Both the position numbers and the translations under genes were made by a program. Positions 23,614-35,177 of a stretch of DNA of 64,000 bases are shown here, one piece after another (position 1 is the first letter of the stretch; each line of letters opens with the position of its first letter). Origin of the DNA: Massalongia carnosa (taxonomy: Eukaryota). The notes under the pieces were generated by a model. That model was not told the origin of the DNA, searched no databases, and was given only the letters and a program-made list of their open reading frames with translations. The stretch spans positions 558,001 to 622,000 of the forward strand of contig OZ287080.1 of assembly GCA_965645245.1 (NCBI GenBank), written 5' to 3'.

Positions 23614-25232
23614 AAACATCCTTCTTCCATTACGTCCGTTGCAGGAGCGGTGCGGGTGATTAGTCCTTGGTCGTCGAGGGGGGGAGGTGTGTCGGGGGTC
23701 GGCGGGGAGGGTTGCAGCGGGTGGGCGGCGGGATTGGTGCGGGTGGGGGCGGGTGTTGCAGCCATCGTCGTTGACGTGTTGGGTGGTCTGCCTAGAATGG
23801 GCTTTGCCATTGCTCTTTGCATGTTCATGGGCTTCATGATCTCTGTGTCCTTCCACGACGTTCCTGTTGGGCGGCTTGGGCCTGCCGGCGATACTTCATG
23901 AGAGCCGGCTGGGGCGGTTTTTCTTTTCTTGCTGCTGGCAACTTTCGGGATACCATTGACGGGGCTTTCCGTTGCCTCTCCTAGTGCTGCATTGCTTTCT
24001 TTGTCAGTTGGGGCCTGGGACGAAAAGATGAATGATCGTGCTACGATCGGGTCGCCCGTAGCGAAGAGCTGCGACGAGCTTTTCCTAGCCTTCTCTATCT
24101 TGCTCATTTCTTGTATCCTGAGTTTGCATGTGGGGGCCCACGCTACGTGGCCTCTCTCGTCGCAGCATGCGCATCTCTTCTGTCTACCGGTTGTTTCCGG
24201 GTTGCATTCGTTGGTCGGATGCCCGCCGGCGCAGTGGCCGCACGCCGTAGGATTGCGGCAACGTTTTCCTATATGTCCGTATTTGTAGCAGTTAAAGCAC
24301 TGCGTCAGCTTGCAGCTCTTCGCAAATTTTTCGCAGTTCTTTATCTCGTGGTCGACCAGGAAGCCTTCGTTAATGAGGCGGTTGGCCATAGCAGGGGTCT
24401 CTACTTCTATGTGCAGCGATGAGTATGCCTTCTTTTCTTTGATAGCCCTGAACGACCAGGCGATCCTCGTGATTTTTAGGCCTGGGTGTAATCGTGCATT
24501 AGCTGTCTGCAGGTACTGTATGATTTGATTCTGATTGGTGGCATCGATATGTTCCACCTTGACTCCGCTAGCTCGTACTGCAAAGGTGCGGCGCTGGACC
24601 GTGGCTGACGCTGCGACCGCGGTGATCCACTTGGTGTTCTCGTGTAGGGTCTTCTTGATCTCTGCTGATTCTGCGTGGATCCGTATGTCCCCGCTTGTGA
24701 GTCGAGATATTCCCACTATTCCTCCGACATTTTTCTGCAGCGATTCCACCAGCTCCTGGGTGGGCAGCTGTCTTACTCTTTCTCGATCGGCCTCATTGGT
24801 GAACCGTAGTGTGACCTCCCGGGCTCTTTTGGCCTCGCTAGGGGATAGTTCTTTGGTTTTTTGAGGTCTTGGGTGTCTTAGATTGTACGTTGGGTTGGGC
24901 CCGACTTGGGCTCGGGATGTCGATGGGGTTGCCGCGGTGGCGTAGCTTGTGGTGGGCTCGTTGTTCTTTCTAACGCCTTCCATGCGATTGAGCGCGTTCT
25001 TTATGTCCCGTAGGGATTCCGCCACCATGCTGGTGTCTTCATTTTCCGAGTTAATATGGATCTGCGTCTGCAACGTGGCTTTTACCTCATTTAACAAAGA
25101 GTGCGCCACTGGGTCTCCTGAGCTGTTGCCAAGCTTTAAATACTCATCTATCTTTGCTCCCAAGAGCTTTATCGTCTTCTCCTGCTCCTTCTTGCGTCTC
25201 TCGCGGTCTTGTGTAGATTTGTTGATCATCAT
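23610..25232 (-). CDS. LINE ORF1 gag-like protein with zinc knuckles
   Basis: QCFNCYKYGHIGKRC, CGHCAGGHPTNEC and CACCDERGHVAWAPTC; N-terminal coiled coil. Confidence 0.92.
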   Translation of the reverse strand: MMINKSTQDRERRKKEQEKTIKLLGAKIDEYLKLGNSSGDPVAHSLLNEVKATLQTQIHINSENEDTSMVAESLRDIKNALNRMEGVRKNNEPTTSYATAATPSTSRAQVGPNPTYNLRHPRPQKTKELSPSEAKRAREVTLRFTNEADRERVRQLPTQELVESLQKNVGGIVGISRLTSGDIRIHAESAEIKKTLHENTKWITAVAASATVQRRTFAVRASGVKVEHIDATNQNQIIQYLQTANARLHPGLKITRIAWSFRAIKEKKAYSSLHIEVETPAMANRLINEGFLVDHEIKNCEKFAKSCKLTQCFNCYKYGHIGKRCRNPTACGHCAGGHPTNECNPETTGRQKRCACCDERGHVAWAPTCKLRIQEMSKIEKARKSSSQLFATGDPIVARSFIFSSQAPTDKESNAALGEATESPVNGIPKVASSKKRKTAPAGSHEVSPAGPSRPTGTSWKDTEIMKPMNMQRAMAKPILGRPPNTSTTMAATPAPTRTNPAAHPLQPSPPTPDTPPPLDDQGLITRTAPATDVMEEGCL

Positions 25233-27863
25233 TGTTCGGGAATCGAGAAAAGACCCATATGATATAGATAAGAATTCATTTGTATCCCTACTATCTAGTC
25301 ATCTAGCTTCGTCGGGCGGTGAATATCTAGCTACCGTTCCCCACAAACGCTTGAAGCCTATTTGAATTAAGATCAGAGTCGCCACAGAAATTCAATAATA
25401 CAATTATGGCACAAGGGTGGTTGTTTCGAAAGCGGTATTATAGAAAAGTGAGCAAGGTGATTAATTACATACTGTTAGAACAAATTTGATACTTCCCCAT
25501 AGCAGACATCCCGGCGCCGGGCTTCCTTGAGCCAACAAGTCAATCGAAGAATTGAATCGCTGCAATCGAGCAAGGCCATTATTGACAACCGCTGCAACTT
25601 TCCTATATTTACTTTTGATCTGCTTCTGCTGCCACTTCTCAATCTCGTGCACCAGATCTGCCGGCTCGGTTGGCATCTTAATCTGATCTTGATCCTTCTG
25701 CGGCAACGACTTTCGGTGCGTTTTTAAAGCCTTCTTCCATGCGTGCATGCGTCGACGACTGACGTGTCGCATGTGCTTGTGGCTGAATTCATGGTCGTGT
25801 TCGGAGCCGATGATGACGAGAGAGTTACCATTCTAATAGCAGCCAGCTTGATGAGCGAGCTTTCAAAATCTCAACAGCAATGACCGAGTGATGTTGAGAG
25901 TGAAGCGAAGAAGCCTTGCAAAAGAAGAGCCTACCCTCAGTCCCATGCTGATCGCCCCTCCATTCTCCAAAACTGCTAAGTTAGTTGAGTTGTTTACGAG
26001 TGAGAAACGTACTAGCTCAAAAATCCCAATGAATTAAATCACCAATTAACGCTGTATCTAGTGGATTTTGCATCACCTCATTCTTCCTGCAGCGATGAAC
26101 TATCAAACTACAGAGAAAAATAGCAGCAGCATGTTCTCCTAATCCTCGGTTAAGTCACGTGCCTCGGCGTGAGCCTAGGCGTTTCTTCTCAAAACATGTA
26201 TGAGGCCTATGGTACACTAGGAACTTATGCATTATTGCCCTGGAGGCTGGAAGGAAATAACTCGAAATACGAAAGCTACCATACCGTTTCGGCATTGGAA
26301 AACTTGACGTCACTGGCATAAAAATACGAAAGCCTGTCCAGCGAGATGGATAGCGGCACTGTGAGCCGCTATCAACTGTTGAAGACGACACAACATTCAT
26401 TCTCACCTCCTCATGAAACTTCATATCCCATGTAATCATAATACGGCCAAACAACTCACTGAAAATATCCTTGAATAGGATTTTTGTTATTTCGCTCTGG
26501 CTTCTCGTAACCGATTCAGCATGGTTAAGAAATATAAAATCCCCAAGTTCTCATGTCGTTCTTCCCGCTATATCCTCCTTGACAGGCTTACGCCGACATG
26601 TTAGAATGACGAAGTCTTTTTCTTCCTTTGGTCGTTTCCTTCAATATCTCTTACCACGTTTGATCATTCCTTCTTATTCAACCTCTAAGCTGCGAAATAG
26701 TTTGCTAACTCTTCTTGGTACCTTTGTGTAAGTCCATGTCTAATATATTACTTTGCATTTTTCGCTCAGAAAAATCGGGGATTGAAGACAAGATCGATTT
26801 TTCGGACATAGTATTCGCTGTGATGGGGGTTGGATATGAAAATGATATATCTGAACATGGGATAGCGAAAAGGAGAATATTCTTGCAGCTAAGAAAATTA
26901 AAGTCTGTGAAGGAAACCCCGTGGACGAATTCTGGCATTTTCCCACAAGTTCTTCTTCCATTTCCCGCCGAGGTAATGAACCCCTCTGGTGAATAGGATC
27001 TGGCCTCAATTTCCAGGTACCGTGAACCAGGAACAAAGTAGATATAGTCCTCCAAACCCGCTACATGTGAAGCAAGCAAGGCCTCAACCATACTTTCCGT
27101 ACCTTCCCATTCTCGTACGCAAACGCCCGGACAACGCTCACCACCGCCCCTAACCCTATCCAGCCGATTTGCACTCTGCACAGCGCCCGGCTCCGAGTTC
27201 CCTGCTAGCGCTTACTGCACCTACCCCTGAGTGAGGAGATGTTAGGAGATGCCCAGGATGATGGCGTGGGCTCTTCCCATCAGCGCGGCGGGGCATTGGG
27301 TTTCAAGAAGGAAGTTGCGCAGGAGTGAAGCCTGATGCGTACTTCTTACCATTGAGGCTGGAAATGGGAAGGCGAGAAGTATTTGTGAACGTTGATGTCA
27401 TAAAGTAGCGTTTCTGGGGCAATGGCTATGATGTCGTGGCGCGCAGGAGGTTTTGTTGAGTTATATACCTAGCTATGTAGGTATACAGTCACCCTGCACT
27501 CCATCAATTCCTAGTAAGCTAGGTACTCATTCCGCTCTGTTGCCACTGGTTATTCCGCTAAACATTCCTATCAGTGACGGCACCTAAACAACTACTCATC
27601 TCGGTATCTAGTTGGAGGGGTAGCCGGGCATGTGCCTAAGCCATATCCTTGATACTATGTTGAGTCTAGTCAACAAGAGTCTCCTGTGTCATTCAACTTA
27701 CCTGTCAAAATTTTACAAGATTTCTAAAAGCCTCTTCGCTCATGAAACTTTTTTTTATAATTACCAAGCACCCCGAGGGCTACAAATAGCCAAACGGGTG
27801 GATGAGAACATTGGTAGGAGTTCTCTTGGTTAAGCTGCATGCTTGAACAAGGAATAAATGCAC

Positions 27864-30090
27864 TCAATCGCTAAAACTGGTCCATTCCTCCTCGGGCCCC
27901 TCCTCAACTTGCTCATCTGCTTCTTCTTCTACTTCTTCCTCCTCACTACTATCAGCATATTCATCTTCTAGTTCCTCCATTTTCCTCCTCTTGCTCACCC
28001 TCGCCTTTTTATGCGAATCCACTTGCATGCCTAGTTGCATGCCCATCGTAAGCTCTTGCGTTGGTCGGGAAGGTATCCCGGGAACCTCTCGGAAGGTGTT
28101 GACTTGGATCATGGGTTCTGGGAGGAGTTCGTGTGACACTTGACGCGCTATGATGTGGAGCATCTACTCTCGGAGGTAGGGCCCGGGACTTGCCCACATG
28201 CGGCCTGGTTTATCTCCTGTCTTGGCGGCCCATTGGACAGGATCAGTCTTTTTCTAGGGAGGGTAGGTAATCACGTCTTGCGGGCCTTTCGTCGTTGAGA
28301 AACTCCAAGGTTTTGCCATCAAGGTCCTGCGTGTGTTTAATACTGAAAGACGAGCTCTAAAATCTTACTTAAGTTTTACCTTCCACCTCAGCCCCTGAGG
28401 AAGGATATATTTATCCGCAAATCTCCGAATTGGTTAGTATCATCTGCCAATTGTTGACTGCCCAAGGGGGGTCGGAATTGGTACGTTTACTACATCTCCC
28501 ATGTCCATCGCCTGCTCAATATCTGAATATAGCAATAAGCCTGTGGTTTCTCATTATTAGTCTGCGTGTATTAGCGTTGATACACCAACCTCGAGAGACC
28601 TACCATTGCGAGGACCCATTGCTATCTTGATGATGATGATGATGATGATGATGTATTCATACTCCGATATGTCACCGGCCGTAGGCCGGCCCATGCGGGC
28701 AAAGCTATCTAAGTTATGTTACATGGAAAACCTTTTTCAGGTGTAAAAACCATATCCCTTGATACCTGTCCGATGTGACACCAGGTCGACGTCGGACAGG
28801 AGACGCAGAGCGAAAATCATGTGAGAACTGTGACGCCTTGTGAGGTAAGAAGGAAAAGAGAAGTGAAACTACTGTTAATTGTACAATAGTGTAGATGCCA
28901 GTGAGAATTGGGTCAGTAGACCTGTTTTCATTAGCCAAGCAGTTAATATCTTTAGAGTTTTTGATGTTTCGGTTAGCTGTTGATAGTTGTTCGTGCCAGC
29001 GGCGCAAAACATCTGTTCTCTATTGTCAATAAGTCTACAGAACATAATTACATGTTCTGGAGTTTGTCTGTGCCAGCCACATGGGCAGGCCGGTGAGGTG
29101 ACGGCGGGGACCCGTCGCTGGTAGAGGAAGTCAGCTAGACCGAGCTTACCGGTGCGGATCTGTGTTGTCAGGGCGCTTTCTGCCTTTTTTAGCAGCGTGT
29201 GTATTTTCAGTCGTTTTTTGCTCAGTGGGACTGATTGCGCTATGGAGGGTTCGGTGACGCGATTTTGATATGCGCTCCACGAGTCGTTCCAGACTTTCAG
29301 CTGTCGTGCTTTAATTGTCTGCATTTGTTTTTGACGAGCCAACGCTGCTACGGAGACTTCGCGGAGATGCGCTGGGGAGGGGTCGGACCATGGTGGGTGT
29401 GCTTTGGGTGGTTGAACGATTTTTGCGTCGATCAGTAGGTTTTTGGCCCAGGTGTGCTTCAGCTCTCCCGGAGTGGGGTTTTGAAGGCGTTTGCGACCTG
29501 CCTTGCCTTGAAGTTTGTTAACTATTTTGCTGCATGCGGAAGAAATGACCTTCGACCATTGCTATCTTGTTCCCTTCAGTAACGAACAGATACGAGAGCT
29601 CCTCGGCCGACGGCTCTTTTGGCACTATGTGTGCCGCTGATAGAAACTGCGCCATGTGCCAGCCCGTCAACGGGCACCAACCCAATTTCAGGTCCTGCTG
29701 GAGCTTTTCCGAGGCATATCGCCTAGCCACTTTTTTTCGAAAGTCGTTGGTACTAAACTTCCAGTGAGGATTCTGGTTGGCAGACAACATCATTACCCCA
29801 TTTTCATAGTTGCCGCAAATGCTTTGTCCCTTTTCTGTCTTGTGACGTCTTCCATATCTTCTTCAAATACCTTTATCTGTCTCTGTAACACAATCAGCTC
29901 TTTGTCAAAATCGGTTTTTTCCCTTTGGAGAGACTCTAGATCCTCCTGCAGCTCCCTTTTTGGACAAGTTCGTCGTCTTTAGATCGATAAGACCAGAACG
30001 GTACGCCTCGATGTACTCGAGGCTCCCATTTAGGTCATGAACTTTTCCCTCTAAAAATTCCGAAATATTTGACTTGGTGGAGATTTGCAA
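27864..30090 (-). pseudogene. Fungal HNH-endonuclease-domain gene, decayed and split by a LINE fragment
   Basis: WCPLTGWH...AAHIVP...ELSYLF on the right of the insert. Across the TSD it continues as MGPRNG|LLLYSDIEQAMDMG (small intron), then DGKTLEFLNDERPARR and WASPGPYLR. Frameshifts and stops present. Confidence 0.75.
28630..29555 (-). mobile_element. 5'-truncated Tad-like LINE copy (~926 bp) of a related family, with a 14-bp TSD
   Basis: ORF2 C-terminus (KAESALTTQIRTGKLGL...CPCGW...HVIMFC) is similar to the intact LINE. (ATC)n tail. TSD CCATTGCTATCTTG at 28616-28629 and 29556-29569. Confidence 0.9.
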
Positions 30091-32123
30091 GGTCGCACGG
30101 AATTTTCATTGTTTGATTGTATAAAGCCTTTGCTGAACCGCCTGAGGAATGAGGGAGGAGCGACGCTCCGGCATAACGGGGGGCGAGTATCCAGACATTG
30201 AAAGTATTTTCGACCTGTGGTGTATCGAAGCAAGGAGGTCTTGGGAATTGGTGTTCGGAGATATCTGTAGTGGGAGACTCTGGGAGACAGAAGAAGAAGC
30301 GGATGAGAAACGAGCTTGAATCAGTGATATGAGGTTGCAGAACTACCAGCTCGATGATAGGTTATGAATGAGGTCACGGGTGATTTCAAGAACTCGATAA
30401 GTTGCTGATTGCGTGTTGGGTATGTTGTGAAAAATAAATTGAAAGAAATTTGATAATGAAAACTTGAGTACGCTGAGAATGCTCAATGTTCAATTGCCAA
30501 ATAAGTTCAATTATTTTCATATGCTATTAACTTACTTTTGTTTTAGATGATTACCAGTACCTCCTGCCGGTATGTCAGCTCAACAAACCCTAAGAAACTG
30601 GCATTGGCTCACCTTTCATACCGTTACAAGTACCCTTCCTATTGTTAATGTCCTTAAAAAGCCCTAAGCCTTCTTAATTTCTCAATCGTTTGCCCGCATC
30701 TCCTGGATACCATCACATGCATACCATCCTCCTGTGTGCGAATTCTCAAAGAATGACAGAGGCTAGTACGAAACAACTCAGCCGTGAAAACTCCTTTAGC
30801 CAAGATCTAGACTGCAAGCGATATACGATAGCTGGTTGAGGATACCATGAATTTGCGATGATCGTTCTGTTTTGACTTCTTTGCTCTCTCGCTATACTTC
30901 GGAGCAGATGACACCAAACCGGAATCCGGCACAAATTCTTTCTGCGATATGATTAAATACATGGAAACCACGGATTCTGGGATTTTGGTTGCCGCAAAAG
31001 ACTCAGTCCTAAATGAATGAAGCGTTGGGAAGAAACTATTGTAATGACAGATTACATGTGGATGGATAAAGCTTTTTTATCTTGTACTATGCTGGCCACC
31101 CATCAAGCCATGTTGCAATTAGTCTTCCTCGCTAGCGAATCATCCCCACGCAGGTTACGATATGAATTAACAAGAAAGTGTTTTGTGACTTTCGAAAACA
31201 TTGAAACTATAATATGCTTAATGCGTATCGTACCAGTTTGTAGCCACACGCATTATCTAAAAGATTACCGCCGTATGCGATGACCGCTTGTGCTGGGAAA
31301 CGAAGGAAAAAGCATTCAGGAGGATTATGATCAAGAACCCGCGAAGAAATCCATGGCGTGGATACGAACTTCACAACATCAACTAGATCAAGCTGATAGG
31401 TTATATAACATGCACCTCGCCGTTCTCCAGCTCGAAGCACCTAGAATTATATGGCTAGTTTTGCAGAGTTCGTTATTATTCTCCTTCGCCACAAACGTTT
31501 TCAGGGCAAATTCAACTGGTGATTTTGCCAGGAACGAGGATTTTGCCGGCTGAAACACACAACTGAGCACTCCTCGCAAATTAATCTCTGCGTTCTCGTC
31601 ACGATACTCGTGAAAATGCAACTTCCAAACCGTGCTTCCAAACCGTACTTCCAACCCCTTGATTCAACTCAGAAGGGCATTAAAAGTGCTCGCTCGGCAT
31701 TTTGAAGAGATTCTGGCGAGTTATCGAAGAAGAACACGATGTGGAGTGAAAGAAATAATGAATGCGAAGAAGGAATTCGATTTGAGATACGGAGTAGAGA
31801 GTTTAGAAGCTGAAAGCGCATGAAATATGCTATAACAAATCAAAGCATGCTACGATCTTTTGTTCGTCGCTCAACTTCACACTGAATAAGGTTGCATAAC
31901 TACCGCAACGCCATAGTTAATTAATTAACTAGGCGAAGCTAACCGAACGATGTGGCCTGATGGGTGGCGCGGATATCACGCGTTTGCTAACCACTGAGCA
32001 TTGGTTATCCAAACATTACTCATTCCTTCCCTAGGCAAATCCTCTTCCGTACCTACTACAACCATCAAAACCAAAAGTGCCACTATCTTCAGTATCAAAT
32101 CTTACTAATTAGTTGCTTTAATA

Positions 32124-34756
32124 ATGGCGAGGAAAAAGAAAAGTGCGGAATGCCAGGATCTGACAGCCTGGGTCTCATTTGGGGAGGAACCTGGAACTTC
32201 TGTGTTAGAAGATGTTGGAATACTCGCTTAGCCCCATTAGATCTAGCTCAGCCCTGCAGGCTGCCATGACTGCTATAAGCAGTCACCTCCGTAGTAATTT
32301 CAACATTATGCCGTCAACTGTTTATTTAACAGGTTATGAGTCCCGGGTTTGTGCTTTGCGCCCCTCCGACGGCATCCTTCATGCATAGACTACGTACTAT
32401 CATGTCGTATCAAGAAGATGATGAGGTGAAAGTTCAGACGTGGAAAGCGCGAAAACGAAGCGGAAACGACATCGAAAGGGATGAGAAACGAAGCGGAAAC
32501 GAAGCGGAAACGTCATCGAAAGTGGTGTACGTACGAAACGTGCTGAGGAGGACATCTACAATGGGCGGTGCCTCGAAGACTTCACATCTTGCATTACTGG
32601 TCAGATCAGCAAGGGGAGATAAAAGCCCTGCGATCAGGCCACCAACGTCAATGGTCTGCGGGAAAATGTCTAACAGAGACATCGAGAAAAGCCCTGCTCA
32701 GGCCATCAACAAAACACGTCCATAGTACTCTTCCCATCCACCCATACACTCACAAAAGCTACGTTTCGAGAGATGGTTATGGGTTTAATGAGGCTACAAA
32801 GCAGGACAACAAAAGACATAAGAAAGAACTACGTGCTTAGGGAAAATGGAGTCAGAGGGAGCTAGATTCGTTCCGCAAGGGGAGCGAATCGGACACAGCT
32901 GGATGAATCACTTCGCAAGGGGAGTGATAAAAGCTGGATAGTTTCAATTTTGGAGGCGAAAGGGGAGCCACGCTCGAAGGGGAGTGTTGGAATACTCGCT
33001 TAGCCCCATTAGATCTAGCTCAGCCCTGCAGGCTGCCATGACTGCTATAAGCAGTCACCTCCGTAGTAATTTCAACATTATGCCGTCAACTGTTTATTTA
33101 ACAGAAGACTGGCCTGAAAAGTCAAACCTAAATCATGACCAGGGCACTGAATCCATAACAGACCCGGAGGCTCTTGCAAGTGTCTCTACTCAGTCTCCCG
33201 ATGGCTTTGACATGAGCAAGTCACCCCTACGGCCAACTATCGAATTCGGCCATACTAACACCGTTAGATACCCCTCAATCGCCGCAATACGAGGAACTCT
33301 CGGGCCATATGGACACACTTAGGACCCATGAATTTCCAAATAGTCTACAGTTGTGAGTCTCAAACATGACTTACCGTCGCTCTTTTACTCAGTAGGCTGA
33401 TGGAGTAACTGGGACAGCGAATATCACTCTCCAATCATCCACATATATGTTGGAGACAAGCCGATATGCTTTTTCGTCCATAATGCTGTGCTCGCTCAAT
33501 TTCCTGTACTGGCACGAAACTGCAATCTAGTAGATGGAATACAGACTATAACGCTACCAGAAGTACCGCCGCAACTTTTTGAGCTACTGGTGAGATATGC
33601 ATACACAGGCCAATATCAAAGCGACTTCTTGGTAGGAAACGGAAAGGTCGATGGGACAAACTTTAGAACACACGCGCTCTTGTATTGTCTTAGTCGCAAG
33701 TTTGGGTTGTGGGATCTGGCAGAAAAAACCACTAGGGAAATTGAAAGTATAGGCAAATTTGATTTCCGCTATGTGACCGAGATTGCGCGAGAAGTGTATC
33801 CGAAGCTGCGGGATGATGATATCTGGTTCACCGGGTTCTTCAAAAACGAGGCTGGCAGGGCTATGATAGAAAACAAAAAGCTTATACAAGAGCCATGGAT
33901 CTTGAGTATCTTCCGGGACGATGGTGGCAGATTGGCTGTCGATCTTTTCACCACACTTATCGCTAGCAGCTTAAGTAGCAGCGCCATCATCGTAGAAGAA
34001 TTCATGGCCTCTAAGAGTCTTTCTCAGCCTGTTCTAGACAAGGAAGAAAACTCTCACTGCGCAAATTGTGCACAGCGCTTGGAGTCGCTTGAAAAGAAGA
34101 AAATCGAGCCTGATGTACCTCCCGAATCTCAATTTGCCGTCGAGGCATGCGCAACCAAAGATGTACCTGCTGACGAACCTCAAAGTAAATTTGATTGGGA
34201 TTTTCCGGCTGCGCAGAAGGCAGAGAATCCGGATGAAACAGATGCTGCTGAGGTAAAAAACACAAATGAACCAGCTGATTCTGGCGAATCAACACAGGCA
34301 GCAGAATCATGGGGCATCAATCTTGACACTTCTGCTGAAGCTCCTCGTGAAGCTCTTGGTCTTCAAACTTGCACATATGCAGAAGAACCACAGGTGGACG
34401 CGCCGGATGTATCTGAAATCGATAGCTGGGGAACTTGGGGCGGTTTCAGCAAGAAGTCAAAAGCTAAAAAGAAGAAAAGGCATGAAATAGATTGGACCGT
34501 TTGGGGTCAGGCACCGGTTGAAGACATGCCAGTTGACGAGACATTGCCTGACGGGGCAGTGGCTGAGAGTGTAGAGGCTGAAGGAGTAAAACAAGCCGAG
34601 ATAGCGGGAGTGTCAGAAGCCGAGCCCTACAGCGTGCATTGCCGATTTCGTCTCGAGCATTTTGCCAACGAGAAACAATGGAGCCAATGCGCCATGTGTC
34701 GTCAAGAGCTATCTGCTCTCGCTCTCAGAATGTTGCCGGAAGGAAGCTGTGGGTAA
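32124..34756 (+). CDS. BTB/POZ-domain protein; exon 1 interrupted by an LTR element
   Basis: Removing 32213-33103 plus one TSD restores MARKKKS...VLED-WPEKS. Putative GC-AG intron 33216-33267 and GT-AG intron 33353-33417 lead into the BTB motif FEYHSPIIHIYVGDKPICFFVHNAVL...FELLVRYAYTGQY...HALLYCLSRKFGL. Confidence 0.75.
32213..33103 (+). mobile_element. Non-autonomous Copia-type LTR retroelement (TRIM-like), 891 bp
   Basis: Identical 119-bp LTRs (32213-32331, 32985-33103) with TG...CA ends. 5-bp TSD GAAGA (32208-32212, 33104-33108). PBS GGTTATGAG immediately after LTR1. Polypurine tract GAAGGGGAG before LTR2. No RT or integrase. Confidence 0.92.
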
Positions 34757-35177
34757 GCTCGGTGGGTGCGTCGCTTTTCGATTGAGTCTCTGTTGAGTCA
34801 GCAGCTAGCGATGGTTTGTCGATGATGGTTACGGGTATGGGAAAGGGGCTATGATGAAGGTTAGGAACGGAGTTAGGTTCTTCTTGGTAACGGATTACGA
34901 GCGTGTAGTGCTGAGTTTCAAGGGATGGTAATGATGCTGATGATGATGATTCGTGCGTGCGTATGATAGCTTTTTTAAAAAAAATCAGCAACCAATTCAG
35001 TAACTCGAAATTTTCATGACTCCAAACCCTCCTTTTCGTTCATTCGTGCAATTAAGAAAACTCCTCGAGATCATACTCTATAAAGATAAGATAATAAGAT
35101 TCTAAACCAAATAAAAAATAACAAACAAGTAAAGATAAAATCATGAGAAAGAAAAACAAAAAATAGATATCAAGTAG

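Larger units (their letters stand above)
20053..25244 (-). mobile_element. Intact non-LTR retrotransposon (Tad-clade LINE), 5192 bp, with a 14-bp TSD
   Basis: TSD GAGAAAAGACCCAT at 20039-20052 and 25245-25258. Two uninterrupted ORFs. 3' tail of (ATCA)n repeats. Confidence 0.95.
15481..25831 (-). pseudogene. NACHT-domain (fungal NLR-like) gene with an N-terminal helical domain and a C-terminal degenerate beta-propeller-like region; multiple stops and frameshifts; LINE inserted in intron 1
   Basis: N-terminal LLWGSIKFVL, RHPNTCLWL, Walker A LWIHTKPGAGKTVLSS (~19340-19390), Walker B IIILDALDEC, GMFLWVYLML, IELACGSLL...IHATVKEYL. Stops at ~19907, 19665 and 19398. Intron 1 spans 25472-19944. Confidence 0.85.

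Noticed and set aside
23614..23856. N-terminal ~80 aa of the 1201-aa LINE ORF
   Set aside because: It overlaps ORF1 in another frame; APE homology starts after the ATG at 23613/23619.
26155..27400. Fragmentary ORFs that may be a decayed gene
   Set aside because: No family motif I could recognise.
31914..31931. AT-rich palindrome TAGTTAATTAATTAACTA
   Set aside because: Short low-complexity (TTAA)n sequence; no supporting context.
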